A stretch of 64,000 nt of DNA from Phoronis australis (Eukaryota > Animalia > Phoronida): positions 1,232,518-1,296,517 of the forward strand of contig NMRA01000022.1 in NCBI GenBank assembly GCA_002633005.1, given 5' to 3'. Position numbers and translations under genes: made by a program. Shown one piece after another: positions 1 through 14,520 of the stretch; within the stretch, counting starts at the first letter, position 1; the number at the start of each line of letters is the position of its first letter. The notes beneath the pieces are model-generated. The model was not told the DNA's origin. It ran no database searches and saw only the letters and a program-made list of their open reading frames with translations.

Positions 1-950
1 TTACAGGGGATCCAATAGTGTTAAGGTTTTGAATAGTCTCAAGTGTCCCCAACTGTCTACGCGACGCAATCTTCTCATGACCACAATTACTTTCAAGGTA
101 ATAAACAATGTTAACACCGTTTCTGTCAAAAAATATTTGATCTATACACTAGACAAGGCCATCGTAGTGATTTGAGAACCTCCACCCCATATGCAATTCC
201 TCCGTCGTTCAGTCAGGCATTCAGAAGGTCTACAGTCATGATGTGCATCAACAACTAGAATTTTCTTCCAGTCTCTGTTAAGGAAAGCAACTCTTTTACG
301 AGTATAAAAAATAATTTTAGAAATGTTTTTCATAATTTTGATAACTCAACATCCTTAACTCAATTCTCTTTTCCCGGCGATAACGAAATAGCATTGTACA
401 GATCAAGATGTGGCCTTTTCCTCAACTCTGACAAGTTCAGGCACAACTTTAGTAATGTCTCTCCAAACTGAAAATGTGGTGACCATCAATCTTATAATCA
501 TATGTTCTTCAAATGTCCCCTCATCGAATACCTGAGAGACTCACTATTTCGTGCACTCAATGAAAACCAATCAATTGTTAACGCTCTCAATTCTTGTAAT
601 AAAATATCTACTAGAGTTACATTATTATTGAATGGTAGTCCTAACCTTCACCTAGTTCTCAACGAATTCCTCCTAAGCAACGTTAGTAAATATTTATGTA
701 CCGTTTATCAGTATTGTTGCATCTGATTTCCATACATGAATCTGTACATATTTTTGTTTTTATATATTTGTAATAGCATATCTAAGTATTGGAATACTTA
801 TATTAGATACTACTTAATTGTATATACCTCTATGTATATTAGTTTCATTTATGAATTGTTTACAACCCAGATATAATGCTTCGTGATATATGGGTTTGTC
901 ATTATTTCTTTGTATGTTCTGTGTATTCTTCAATAAATATATATCTCTTT
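1..950 (+). mobile_element. 3' end of a CR1/L2-clade LINE ORF2 (degenerate) with 3' UTR
   Basis: Reads RGSNSVKVLNSLKCPQLSTRRNLLMTTITFKVINN...LYRSRCGLFLNSDKFRHN...CGDHQSYNHMFFKCP...LLLNG across stops and frameshifts, typical of the post-RT C-terminus with its CCHC region. Followed by an AT-rich UTR with AATAAA near 932. Confidence 0.75.
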
Positions 951-959
951 AAAAAATCA

Positions 960-1430
960 AACCCCTTTGAAATGACACAGATAACAAGTGGATGCTATTA
1001 CAAGGAGAACTCAAGGGACATAATTATTCAAAGTTGGTTCTTTTTGAGTGACTGGAAAATGTACTTCAGCAAGGCAAGCATATAGACAATGTGACTGCTC
1101 ATACATGTACATTTAGGCTCACTAGATGTGAAATAGGTTTTCTGAAACATGGGGGTCGCTGGGTATATTACGTATGTTTTACCAAAATAATTTATAAACC
1201 CACGTATATTCAAGGAAACTGTTTTTACTTAGACAATCTATTGCTTTGAAACTTGTCTCGAATTTTCCGTTTCCAAGGTAGGAAGTGATTTCGGGGCTTG
1301 TAAATTTCTATGAGTTTGTTATTGGTTAAAACTACCCATTGCTCGTCGAGTAACAACTTGTAAAATGTTGGAGTCTGTTTTTCATTCACATTCCGCTGGT
1401 ACATGAATTTCAAAGCTTTTTAATGAGACG
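960..1430 (-). mobile_element. Degenerate LINE (Tx1/L1-like) ORF2 C-terminal fragment
   Basis: Fragments such as PTFYKLLLDEQW and VYMLALLKYIFQS resemble Tx1/L1 3' ends. Broken by stops. Confidence 0.35.
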
Positions 1431-2514
1431 GACAAGAAAATGATGTCATAACGAGTAACATAGCATTGTGAATGCAGTCACGAGTGTGGAACAGTTTAAA
1501 GTACTTATCTTAAGGGTGTAATGTAGTTCAAAAAAATTAAAGTGTTTTCCCAATTAAATAATATGTAACATGGTATGATGTTCACCTATTTTCTGTTATC
1601 AAACTAAAAGCCTTTATTAGCACAGTTTTGTACCACGGCCAACATCAGAAAATCATCGACTTTTCCCGTCTATTTCAGCCACCTGAGTTCCTGTGCAACA
1701 GTTCAGAAACGATTCCTGAATGGCAGTCCTGTTGTCCCTGAAAACGTATTGTTATCGCCGTGAGCGTAAATGCGTTGTTATTTTGTTTGGTTGTTTTTTG
1801 AGTTCCTTTTGGGCCTTTGTATACAAATTCGGTTATTTATTTCCAAATTTCTCCTATTTTTTGCATATGGCGAATGGTATTAGTAAAAAACCATACGTTT
1901 GTGAAGAGTACGTCGCATCTCCCACAGCCAACACTGGGTTACTGAAGTCAGCCCTGACACATCGCGAGAGTACGTCAAATGTCGTGAGTGTTTAGGTAAT
2001 AAATCTAAGAAATTAGAGGAAACGAACTTACTAGATCACCACATGTCTTATCATTATCGCCATGTCGTGAAACTGATGAAAAGAACCTGTCAGCAGTGTG
2101 ATTACCCGATGTGTGAGAACATTTCTGCGTACTTGGCAGCAAATCGGCACAGGTTTTATGACTTTAAAAATTTAAAATAGAAAAATGAAATTTCCACACA
2201 GGGCCATTTTTCAACAAGCAAAAATAAGTTTTACCTCAAAGCAGTGATCTCCACACAGCAATTGCAATAACACGCACATGTGCTTGATTTTTGCTACCCT
2301 GACACGACGATGTAATGAGATTTATGGCACTCTGACATAAATCCTATTATTTGGGCAAATACCATTATAGAGCCCTTCATCCTTCATATCCAACTGCTGG
2401 TTAGTTCCTACCAAGTCCGATGGTTGCGCTGTTTGTTCTTTCTCTCCAGCTTCCTGTTGGCCCAGCCTCAAGCAACAGTACTTTCACTCGTAAGTTTTCC
2501 TAATTAGACAAGTT

Positions 2515-3100
2515 TGTACCTCTCCCGCCCTCCCTACCCGGGGTACCACAAAATTTCACGTCAACCGTTTTCTACCTTTACCACCCTCCATCCCTTTTGC
2601 CGAACAAAATCTGCTGTTGGTTATTGTTGTTTTTACAGCCACTGCTGGTACCTTCTTCAAGCCCGGAGCGTGTTACCGTCAGGCAAGAACCGACGTCATT
2701 GGCTAGCGACCAGACCTGTACTTGAGCGTCCATTACTGCAGCTTGCTTCTCTCTACCCCGGTCACAGCTCTCGGCACATACTGAGCCACAACACCACGTT
2801 TCTTACAATATCTCTTTTTATCACTCCGGCTGGTCTGCTCACTCAGCTTGTCCGGAACCTGCTTTGCAGGTTGTTATAGCCCAGTTGGCTGTTTGGTGTA
2901 CCCACTTGGTACTTTATATGATATTTGCCCATTTGGCAGTTTGTACCCACTTGGTACTTGTTATTGAATTTGCCGTTTTGCTCGACCCAGTTGGTAGGCA
3001 ATCGGCCAATACCCATTTGGTATTATGTACCCATTTGGTACTATGCTAACCTGTGCCACTTAGTATCCGATACTCAGTTACACTTTGGGTATCGGAAATG
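2515..3100. repeat. LTR-like fragment with internal degenerate repeats of TACCCAYTTGGTA (2878-3062)
   Basis: About 7 imperfect copies of acccacttggtac/acccatttggtac. TGT...ACA-type ends near 2515 and 3082, but no TSD found. Confidence 0.4.
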
Positions 3101-5580
3101 TGTGTGTTATCTCTTGTAATTAAGGAACCCATATGGTTCCTTCTGTGAAATAGTTATTTGTAGAGCTGTGACCCTGAAATTCCCAATACAACTTAAAATA
3201 TTTATTATTCTTGTTTTATTTGTCCCCAATAATTACCTTGCAGTTGCCGTGACTCTTCGCCGAAAAAACAATCACTCGATCTTGCTTTTGATTTTCAATT
3301 ATTAGGGAAAGTACAGTATTTTACAACCAGAAAAGCTTTCAATATATACATTTACCTTTGTAGTCTCAATATAAAACTTCCAGGGGTGTAGTGAATTGCA
3401 GGCAATGAGCTGAACGTCGGCGATGGGAAAATATTTCAGTATGAGGAGGACAAAGTATTTTTTTAAAATCTCTTTGTCACGAGAATTTCACGCATTTATG
3501 GCCCGGGCAACTAATGACTGTGTTCATCTTGCCGGAGGTCGGGCTCCGCCAGGTACATGTAGTAAATTGTAGCTTATAGGAAAGGGAGTTGGAATTACTC
3601 CTTTTACTTTGAACTCATTAATACTTATACCATTTGGCACCATGACAAGTTTTCATTCTAACGTTACAGTGTATTTCGCCGCCAAATGGTATTCTGTCGT
3701 TCATTGTTGTTCGTCAGCAGCCAGGCCTTAACAGTAGTTTCGAGAGACCACAGGTATCTTAGTTTCCCTTTCTAAATTTATTTTCGATACTTTGCAAGTT
3801 TAATCGATAGGATATTCTAAATAGATAGCAATTTTATTCAGTTATGTTGATATTGCATGTTCGTTGTTATTTTTATCCTGTTTGTTTAACAAAGTTAAAT
3901 ACACCCAGCAGAGCACGCTTAGCCAAGTGGCTATATACATGTACAGTAGTCGGCCGTGTTATTGAATCGTTGGCACTGGACTGTCACCAGTCCGTAATCA
4001 TAAACAAGTGTCTGATATTACCTTTATATGTATGCGGCATTTATGATTTGAATCATTTACTCCGATAAAACAGCCAGCGACCGCAAGCCTTCCACTTTGG
4101 CCGGTTCTGGTAAGCACCGGGTTGCATGATCGTGTTCGGCAAAAGTAATTTCTATCAAACTGTGTTTGCCGCACTTTGTCAACAAATTCAATACAAATCG
4201 TCCCTATTTTGGTTTTATCAAACCCAAGTCAACTGCCGATTATTTTATCCCCGTTTGCAGGCTGGTAACAGACACTGCTCCAATCGCATAGCCGGCGTTC
4301 TTAAGCCTGGGTCTCTTGATGAATTATGCTTCAAGTTTCGCGGTTAGTTTTAAAGGGGGTGCGTTCTTCGGGTTGGAATCGCGAGCGTCATGTATATTAA
4401 AAACTTTCTTCGGCTACGGATAGTGTATTGGTTTTGGGATAAGTACTGCTTATTTCCTTATAACTTCTTCTAACCATTTAACACGGGTTAAAAGCGTGTG
4501 CTACTAGGACTAAAATGAAATAGACTAAGGTTGAGGTGAGCGGACTTCAATGAGCACGGAACAGTGTTGCAAGAATGATTACTCGTACACCAGTTACCAA
4601 CCCCAAGTGGCATTCTTTGGCTCAGGGAAGAAACGTTAAATTTCCTTATGCTTTCAGTGTAAAACGTTCATTTAAATCACAAACGTTAGCAGAAATCGTG
4701 TCAATGAAATCTACAACTCGCGTATAATAGAAATTCTAACTCATGTGATTGCTTTTTGTGTCGTGCACTTTTTGATCGCTTGTGATCGCAGATTTACGAA
4801 TAAAATTTGATTACATGTATATGACAGATTCGTTAAACGTGAGTTTTGTGTACGAAGGATAGCACAAACATCATGTCAACGAGATGGTTTTTAAGTGCGC
4901 TGAGGGTGAATTAAATGAGCTGACAAAGTGACTGTACACATATGTACCAGATGCAGGATTAATTGACATCATCAAGGGCTCTCAGTGGATATTGCGTCAC
5001 CTTTGCCGGTACGTCGCATACATGTACTTATTGAAACGCCATGAATTCAACAATTCAACTGTGCTTCTGCGAACAGCTCTTTCAATGTCGTAACTCATCT
5101 GGAAAAGAGACTTGTTGGTTTTAAGCAAAAAAATTATCACTGAAAATACATTTTGCCATGAACAACCCTACTTGTATAAATAAATGAAAGGTACTTACTA
5201 TTATTTTATAAATTTTACAAAAACTTAACTTTTCATGACATCTTTGTGTACTATAATTGAATTTTTGGAACATTGCAATTGACCAAAAATATGCTATTTA
5301 GGGGTACAAATTATAACCCCAATAAATATTACAGTCTAGCAAATGTTGATCAATATTCAAGTTATGTCATCTTGCATGTTTCAAAATGAAATAACACGAC
5401 TCTGTGTTTCAACGTTGTTAACGTTGGTTGTAGTTCTCTTTGTACTTCAGTGTGTAGAAGGGTCGTAAGAGACACGAGGAGAAAATGTTCGCGGGCGAGT
5501 TGGCCAGAGACTGGCGAGGTTGACTGTTTGTTTTGAATTGGCACCTTTCCATGGCCCAGCAGTGACTCCAACAATGACTT

Positions 5581-5650
5581 TCCCTCTCCCTCTCCCTCTC
5601 CCTCTCCCTCTCCCTCTCCCNCTTCCCCTCCCTCCCTCCCTCCCTCCCCA
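5581..5650 (+). repeat. (CCCTCT)n / (CCCT)n microsatellite
   Basis: Visible directly. Contains an N at 5621. Confidence 0.95.
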
Positions 5651-8600
5651 CCAACATAATCATTACTTATCATTATTTATAATAGCTACCAGTGTCGTCA
5701 TCATCGCCACCATTTTTGTCGTGATTATCATGTTCTTGCAGAGCACATTCACTTCACGGCTTGTTCTCAAGATTTGCTACATACATGCATTGATCGCTAT
5801 CAAACTTATTTCGTATTTGCAATATAACTCGGCTACAGACGAAGTCTCGATGAGAGTTTAAATGCACTTGAGAGCACTGGGTGGTGTCAATGCTCGGTCA
5901 ACCACACTTTGTAGGTCTATACAATTAATACCCTCCTTTCTGAATCAACAAATTGGATTCCTCGTAGTAAAGTGTTAATGTTAGTCACTTTAAGTTGCAT
6001 TTCACAGTTGTTTAGCTGTTAATGCTAACATCTTGAGTGTGCTGAATCCTTGCCTCTTACGATTTCAGATTAGTTTTAAATTGCTTGGAATTGAAATTAG
6101 AAGACAATTAACGAGTTTTCGCAAATTGATTTTTTGTCAATTAACTCGTTTATTTTTAATGGAAACTTGACAAAAGTACGCGGTCTTACGATAACGGCTA
6201 ACAAAAGTTTATTTTGAAGAGTGTTACGTGACATATAATTCCCAAAATGCGATGAAGATAAACAAATGCTGTGCGTAGATTTCTGCATCTGGCTCGTGAG
6301 CAGGAAAACATCTTACTTTCTGACGATCGCATGTTTCGCTGGCGAATATGTCGACCACGCTAAACAAGCAGGGTTGAGCAACTGACACCGGCCGGTGTGG
6401 GGATGCATGAGGTTAAATGGCCTTGGAACTTGAGAGAATGCAGTCTGAAACTGAAGTGCTCCTCAATGGACGCTCGATCAAGTTCTTTGTGAGTAATTAA
6501 CACATTGTTTTAGTTCTCTTACCCATCCAGTATAACCTTGGAAAGCTTACTGTTCCTTTTTTCGTCCAGTTTCTTCCGCAATAACTACATCGAGACTTTC
6601 TATCTTGGCATTTTCATGTCTCTTGTAGATTTTTCTTTCACTCGTCCTGTCAACGTTGACTCGCTCCGTCGCTTTAGTAATGAAACAACTTGTCCAACAT
6701 CGCTAAGCAGATAACAATCGGTGCTGTTGCCGGAATGAGTTGGATCATGAATGAATAATTATCCGGTTATATACCCACGCGCTCAGCGGATTTCCAAGTT
6801 GAAGTCATTACCATCCATTTAACAGAAAGTTATTTCAGTTATTTTCTGAGACTCCAAGTAATCGTTTCAGCGGTTATTGTCGTAGAACAAAACGAAACGC
6901 GGCTTCCTGTGATTCTTTTGAGCCTGGATTATGAAAGATCATAAAATCGTTCCCATGTGCACACGCAATCTTTCAGTTTCGTCTTCTTCGCCAAACTCGG
7001 GTCCATTACGTTTAGCTAGCGTCTTTGGCGATTTGAGGTATTAAAGCACTACCACGCTCGTCATATCTTGAATTGTTTTTGAATGAGCCGGCAATTCAAG
7101 TCGCAGTGAAAAGTTTTGGAATCTGCAGTTTTAGGGCTGGCTAACGCTGAGAAACGCTGTTGATAATGTTCTCCTGAGTCTATGATGGTCTCGATGTTCT
7201 TGATGGAAATACAAATCGAGTCCTGACATTGTTTGGAATATTAGGAGACACATACATGTAAATTTGCTGAAGTGGCTTAACTCATTTTTTGTTTTATGGC
7301 ATACACTCGGAGGAGATGCAATTTTAAAGGATATCAAATTCAAAGTGATGCTCTGTAACCCTGGACTATCCTAAAAAATCTGTGGCAAAAGTTGGTAAAC
7401 TCCCAACAAAATCTGTTAAACAGGCAAGTGTGACTTACGTTTTAGGTGAGTTAAACAACTGTGGGGCAAAACCACCCACCAAGAACCATAATATTCAATT
7501 TTTAACTCGGCGAGTACGACTTTTTACTTGAAACCTGCGTTTAATGCTCAATTGGGATGCCAGCAGGTGACAGAATGAAGATCGTTTGAAATCATCAAAA
7601 CAGGGTTTAGTATCTCTTTAAGTGTGGCAGTGTGGCCTTGTGGAAAAACTGTCATCTTTGAATTCTTCGAACACAATCGACATTCCTCAGTCTTCGTCAG
7701 TAATGCCACTAAGAAACTAGAAAAGTCTTGAAGATGTATTTTTATGTATAACAGGAACAAAACGACAATAGTATTTGACCATCATCTACGCTAAACAAAG
7801 TGCAGTTGTACTCATTGAAAACTTGTAAATGAGAAAACAAAACAAGTCTGCAATTAGGTGACCTTTGCTCTAATGACGTGCTTTGCGGGATCACATAGCC
7901 CGTATCATGCAGTGTTATTCCCCAGCACCACGTCACGATACGTACTGGACGCAGTTCAGTGATTTGCGGCGGATCATTTTTGCCGCAAAAGGCGCTGTTA
8001 AGAACATTTGGCAATGTTCAACCTACTTACTCGTTGCTAGAGTAATTTGGACAAGCAATCAGAGAGATAAGGGATAAGGCCGCAAGTTATACTGTAAATG
8101 TAGTTCAACCTAATTTCTTTACGATTGTTTATTAACTTCGTGAACACTTCATGCAAACACACTTTTGTGTGGTGAATAACTAGTATTATTGAAAACCCAT
8201 GTACATGTACGTCACAATGTACATGTAACAAGGAACGGTCACAGGTAGACAACAGTTAACAGGCATGTTGTCAATTATTAATTACATTTCATAAGCTAAC
8301 AAGAAGTCATTGCCCAAGTTGACTTACTACAAAGACTGTGTTCGTTTCCTCGTTAATCTACGTTATTAGCGATGCAATTTAGAAAGTCAAAGTTCGCAAG
8401 AATGAATTACCTGTCATATACACGTTGTCGACAGCATAAGGCCTGGACCTGTTTCATTATGCAAGAAAATGGACTAGAGAGTGAAATCTAACATAACCAC
8501 ATGCTTTGCTACAAACGTGTAACGATATGTAGTGAAGATCACGCGAGATTACAGTGTACCTTTCAGAGAGCAATCCTGGTAAATGGTAAATGCATAAAGA

Positions 8601-8809
8601 AGATAAACACAACTTCTCGTCGAAACAAAAAAGGAAATAATTATGTTGTAATGATTTCAGGAGCCGAGGTCCAATGTCAGGACACGAAATAGAACGCGAA
8701 AATAGGTTTTTATATATTACGTTCTTCCTTGATGCGAACTTAAGATACACTGTGTTTGTTTATCTGCTTTGATTATGGTTTAGGCAGATGAGTGTTTAGT
8801 CCACATTTG

Positions 8810-9010
8810 CACTTGATGACCCCTAGATACGAGCTACAAAGTCGAGTTCAAACTCAAAATTTTGAGCTCAAACTTGAAAATTGGGCTTTGACGCTGTGGT
8901 ACTCATTCGACCATAAAACCCATAACATACTCAAACACACTTGTAGCCATTCATCTTGAGTTCGTGCTAAAGGAAAACAGAAAACGTCAATATGATTCTG
9001 GTTACTTAAG
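8810..9010 (+). mobile_element. Diverged fragment related to the MITE at 33771-34156
   Basis: gagctacaaagtcgagttcaaactcaaaattttgagctcaaacttgaa aligns with gtgctacaaactcgagtaaaaactcaaaacatcgagttcaaactcgaa at about 33940-33990. Confidence 0.55.
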
Positions 9011-10254
9011 AGTAAAATCCCTGTTATTCATCAACATGAGCCAACATCATAGCACGTGCAACACGTAGGTGAAAACCAATTCTTACCACACACCAGAAAA
9101 ACTCTTACCACGCACAGAATCCGCAAGCCACAGAGCCTCAATTCCAACCACATTCAACACTCCTGTAACAGGCTACCAAGTGACCAATAAATGCAACCCA
9201 GGTTACATGTATACATGTTGAACGGAATAGATTAACCATTTGCGCATAATTGTTGTACGTCAAAAAGGTAGACTAAGACAACCTGCAGCTATCAAAACAT
9301 CTTCGGCAAAAGTTACGGGATGGACAAAAGACCACGCATCTGCGAAACATCGTTTCTGGGAATAAAACGGAGTGCATAGTTGGCGTAAACCTGTGGTAGT
9401 TTGGGGTGTGGCTGCATTTCCGAGTGTCGTAAGAGCTTTTGCTGTGTGTGGTTGGTTTTCACCTAATGAAATGAGTATTCTACTCACTCAACAGTCAAGT
9501 CGATCGGTGATGATTTGCGTACTGTTAAGGTAGATAAGGGTACATTAACTCACCTTTAATGACGTATCTCTTTCACCTGCACCAAGGATAAATGCGACTT
9601 TGTATTTTCCTTTACCCCATGAAGAATTCGTTACTGTTTTACAGGTCTTTTAAAATTGATCGTTTCACACAATTTCTGCTTTACTAAAGCTGAAATAATT
9701 CTTTGTCTGTTGATCAACACGTGCTATGTTGGTCTTGGGGCTTGAACTGATGGTTAAAACAAAGGCTGTTTGCTGTAAACAGGTGGCTGTGAGATGACGT
9801 GGTACAGCACAGTGATTGACGGGTATAGAACGCAACAGGTTACTTATGTTTTAATATGTCACCAGCGCCAGAACCTTATTTAAAACAAGCTGATGAACAT
9901 TTCAACCGGTGGTGGCACTCAACATTTAAAGATACACAGTCGATTTTAGAGCCAAAATGAGACAAACTAATTAACTGTGGCCTTCATATTGGAAGACTGT
10001 TAACTTACTGGAGATAAGCTTGCCCTTCAGCCATGCTTTGTGTCATTAGAAATAGTCGATTTTTTAACTGTCACCTAGGTAGTTGTACTCTCGCTGCTTA
10101 TTGACGCTTTAAGGGCTTGCGTAATAGAATGCCAAGGGTTTGTCTTTGGGTGTATCGGAGAGGTGATTCAAGTAGGCTTACGAATACAGTGACCTCTTTA
10201 GGTTTAGTTGTTATACATGTAGGTGGACGACTCCACCACAATAGTTGAGTCTTT

Positions 10255-11085
10255 GGAGTAATGTTGGGCTTGTTCGACTCTAAAGTGACAGCAATGTCGG
10301 GCTTGTTTGAAACTAACCTGAGAGTAATGTCGGACTTCTTCGGCTCTAACTTGACAGTAGTGTCGGACGTGTTCGAATCTAACCAAACAGTAATGTCGAG
10401 TTTGTTCAGCTCACACAAGACAGTAATATTAGGCGTGTTCAGCTCTAACCAGCACTAAGGTTGGGCTTGTTCAGCTCTAACCCGGCTTGTTCATCTCTTA
10501 CCTGACAGTAACGTCGGGCTTGTTCGACTCTAACCTGACACTGATGTCGTACTTGTTCGATTCTAACCAGACACTAATGTTGACTTATCATTGTATCTAA
10601 GAGTTGAAGTAGGGCAAAGAAGGTAGTGACTTCTTTAGGTTTTATGGTCAACGATGGACAGCGAATAATGTTGGGGTTGTTCAACTCTAACCAGACAGTT
10701 ATGTCGGCCTTGCGTTTCTCTATTCGGACAGGGATGTCGGGCACGTTCGATTTTAACCTGAGACTAATGGCAGCCTTCGTCAGCTCCAACCATACAATAA
10801 TGTAGGTTTATTCAGCTCTAACCCGACAGTAATGTTGACCTTGTTCAACTCTAATGTGACAGTAAGGTCTAACTTGACTACTGTTGGGTTTTTTCATCTC
10901 CAACCTGACGGTATTGTTGACCGTGTTCAGGTCTAACCTGACAGTAATGTTGGTTTGGCCATCTTTCGTCAGACAATGATGTCGTGCTTGTTGGGCTCTA
11001 GCCTTACAGTAATGCTGGATTTGTTCGACTTGAACCTTACTGGCAGTAACTTCGCGCATGTTCATCTCTAACCTGACATCCGGCA
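10255..11085 (-). repeat. 33-bp degenerate minisatellite reading as an 11-aa repeat (about KPDITVRLESN) on the minus strand
   Basis: Plus-strand consensus about CAGTAATGTCGGGCTTGTTCGACTCTAACCTGA, roughly 20 copies in two blocks. ORFs 10098-10418, 10574-10789 and 10808-11143 show the repeat peptide. Confidence 0.85.
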
Positions 11086-13684
11086 AATATTTCATCATGG
11101 CATTTGCTAAGATAGTCGTATCTTGGATTAACTTGGCAAGCAATTCATTATGTTTGAGGAAGGTGTGCGTTAAAGTTAAATATGAATTACCACTAGATTG
11201 CCATCAATAGCAATATTTTGTTTTTAACATAAACGTAGTGTTCTCAAATTTAAAATAACAAACTTTCGGCCCCCTTATCCGCGACCGGACTGACGATCTT
11301 TGGTAAATCGGACACCGAGATTTATTCAGTGGTATACTCATTATTCTTAAAATCTTCCACACGTAGACTGTAAATACGCATATGAAAAATATTGCAGAAA
11401 AAATGCTTGCGCATAAAATCTGAACTCTTGTTTGATGTTCGTGAAAGACTATGCATCACGTGATTCTGCATTATATCGGGGTGAGTTTTTTTAACGTTAT
11501 AAATGACCCCGGGCCATAGATTAACAGAAAAGTGACAACTTTTTAATGTTGAAAATTGGCTCGGCCAGTTAAATAATGTGAAAAATGTAACCCCTGTCTT
11601 AACCTTTTTGGGGATTATTTACACAGGAGTCTCACCCTCGCACTTGTCGGTGGAACATTGGCGGACAACATAGGCTGATTTAAGGGATGGGAGTGGCAGG
11701 GACAATCTCCTGTAAGGTCTTCAACAGCAACTAAAGCAAACGGCAATACGTAATGAATATTCCTGTCTTACAAGGCCAATAGTTACTGCTACGCCAAAGA
11801 GTAAAATACCGTGATTTCAAAAGCAAACAGGTAACGACCAAAATCGCCGCATATCAAAAGACATTTATCACCTGAGGAGCTATAGTGCAGGGTGTATCCT
11901 CCCTGCCAGTAGTAGCCCACGAACAGCTTTTCTCGTCCACAAGAATTTGAAAACCCCTCCCGCTGCGGATACCCTCTATCTGACTTAATTCTCCCCGCCT
12001 CTTATTGCGGATAGTTTTTGCCTAAGCCAACTCATATTGCTACATGTAGGTACAGCTCTAGAATCAACTATGTGGATGCATACCCGCAATTTATGTCCCA
12101 TTCCTGGGGTAAAAATATATCACTTCATCCTTGATGAATACAGGGTACAAACGAAAGAATTAAAGTAGAGACTAATTTGTAGTTACAACTATTATTGGTA
12201 AGAGAGTGAATTTTTGGAATGTCTGCAATTGTTGCAGGCTTGATTTTCGGGCATATTTTTCTTGGTTGTCAAGATTTAATGTTACACTGGCGCGAACATA
12301 AACAAAAGTATATCGAAATGTCTCCTCCTGTTGGCTGCTAATATGTGACATGCTTTAGGATTTGTATTTTGAAAATGACGGAGCAATCCTTAGGTTTCTC
12401 TCAAGAAGGGAAGTCAACTTAGCAACTTTCAGCAAAAGTAAATGAACGTCATCTCTAATCTTTAAGTGGTTTTATGTGTGCGTCGCAGAGCTAGGTGTTG
12501 AGATATTATGCGGCCTGGTTGGTGTGTCATTGTCGTTAATGCGTTTGTGTCACTTGTAATCTTGCAAATAATTGAGCTCATATGCCATACTAGACGACGT
12601 AAGCCATGCCTCTTCAGCGCTGTTGATACGTAATAGGGCCTTCTCCTAGGCATTGCTCACAATGTACATATACAGTAGACATACATGTAGACCTTTACCC
12701 ACTTGTCTTGAGCTCACATATCAAGGTGTTCAATCTAAATTGGAACCCCGGTGTAAGGCTCACATCCCGGAGTCGAAAAAGACTCCTGCACTTTCAAAAT
12801 CGCGAACCAGACCGAAGAACATGAACCCCGACCTTTAGGATTGGACGGGAAACCCTGGCAATTTTTAAAATTTCCTAAGACGATGTCAGTAGCCTCAAAC
12901 TTAATTGAAGCATCTTGAAGAACGTTCCAGTTGTATTCTGTATTTGTTTGCTCCCAATTTGTCAATAATAAAACGTAACTGATATTGTATTGACTTACAT
13001 GTAGTTTTTTGATTTTCATCTGTGGAACTTGTCTGTGGGCGAATTTCTATACAATCTACAGGTATAAATTAACTCTCAACACGTTATCTCGCTGAACCTT
13101 TAGTTAATTTCCGATTATTTAATAGTTTCTCCAAAAATATTGTGAAAACGAAAACTAAAATTATTATTTCCACTTTCGAGTGTCAATGTTGACTTATTCC
13201 TTTAAATAGTTTTACAATTGGCTGCATTTAAGGGTTCCTCAATTAATTTGTCGAAAGTTCATTATTTCTGGCACAATCATTTTCCGGAATTTGGAGAATT
13301 ATTAAATCAAAAGACCTGCACTTTCACCAATTTCACCGTTCGCACCCTCAAAAAGCGTACACGTTCTTCAACTCCTCTTCGATCATTAAAACGGAATTTG
13401 GAACTGGAGTTTCTGAACTCTCGCATTCAAAAAAGCGGACATTTCCATTTCTACAACATATATAAAGAAAACCCATAGCCGTTTCTTGCAAAATATTTAT
13501 AAAGGCAGCTGAAAAATGCCGAAATGAGCCCGGCAAATCGTTCACTACACTATCACACGCCATTCCTTAGTGTTCACTCTGTCAGGTACACTGTACATGT
13601 AAGGGAGTAAAACGAGTTCTTAAGAATTAACACTTTTGTCGCTAAGGACCGGTCATTTACATGTTTGACAACTTCTTAGGTATC

Positions 13685-14520
13685 TAAAATTCTCTTGTGG
13701 TTTAATAGTAACTTGGGGATCGGAGGCAGAAGTGATTTTTATAAGTCTTGGTTTGTAAAAGGCTTAAGATTTATCAGTGATACATATATCTCTGATGGCT
13801 TTTTAGTTAGTTTAGACCATACGATAAAAGGGTTCGATGTAAAAACCAACTTCGTAGAATATAATGGTGTTGTTTCTGTCCTGGAAATGTTTCAAAAAAG
13901 TCTGTTTCAAAGTAAATTTAAAAGTGTTAATGTCTATTTTCCTTGCATGCCTTACAGAAAGATGTGAAGGGTTGTGGACATATTTGTTCTATCTTAAACA
14001 ACATAAAGAACCCTTCTAAGTCAGAGTGTAAATGGGAAATAGAGTTACATGTAGGAGATCATTTAGACTGGAAGAAAATATACACATTGGCTTACAAAAG
14101 ATCCCAACATTAGTTGGCTCCAACTTAGAATATTACGCATCCAGCTTAAAACTGTCTCTATTACAAACGAGTTATTCTTGGACTTTATAACACAAATGAT
14201 TTCCTATTGAACATTTTGGTATTAGTAGCCAAACAGTACATTTACAAGGATTACAAGGAAAGATGTCACAAAAATTTACTTAATTTTCGTAAGTTTGTTA
14301 CTTGTACTTATGAGCACTATAATGCTAAAAAATTAATTGCATATATAAATATGGCAGCTTCTTAGGGAAATGGGAAAATTTTATCGTTCACGTTAACTCC
14401 ATGCAGCAGTTGTTTACTTTATACGATATACAAGAATGGTCCCTCCTGAGGTGTATGAATAGATGTAATTGTTTGTTTATTTTTGTACTTGTTTATCAAT
14501 GATAATAAATATCTGAAAAA
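13685..14520 (+). mobile_element. 3' end of a Tx1/L1-clade LINE (degenerate)
   Basis: LWFNSNLGIGGRSDFYKSWFVKGLRFISD...NFVEYNGVVS...KWE...DWKKIY...NILVLVAKQYIYK motifs. Ends in AATAAA followed by an A-run near 14505-14520. Confidence 0.8.

Noticed and set aside
1510-2380. Possible Kolobok-type MITE (TTAAGGG...CCCTTCA)
   Set aside because: The TIR match is weak and the right TSD is imperfect. No second copy in the window.
2878-3062. Interspaced short palindromic repeats resembling a mini-CRISPR
   Set aside because: Repeats are about 13 bp, irregularly spaced and degenerate. More likely internal repeats of a TE.
5362-5861. GE-, ER- and LP-repeat ORFs
   Set aside because: Produced by the (CCCTCT)n microsatellite.
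10255-11085. CRISPR-like array (33-bp periodic repeat)
   Set aside because: Units are head-to-tail and degenerate with no unique spacers, there are no cas genes, and the context is eukaryotic.
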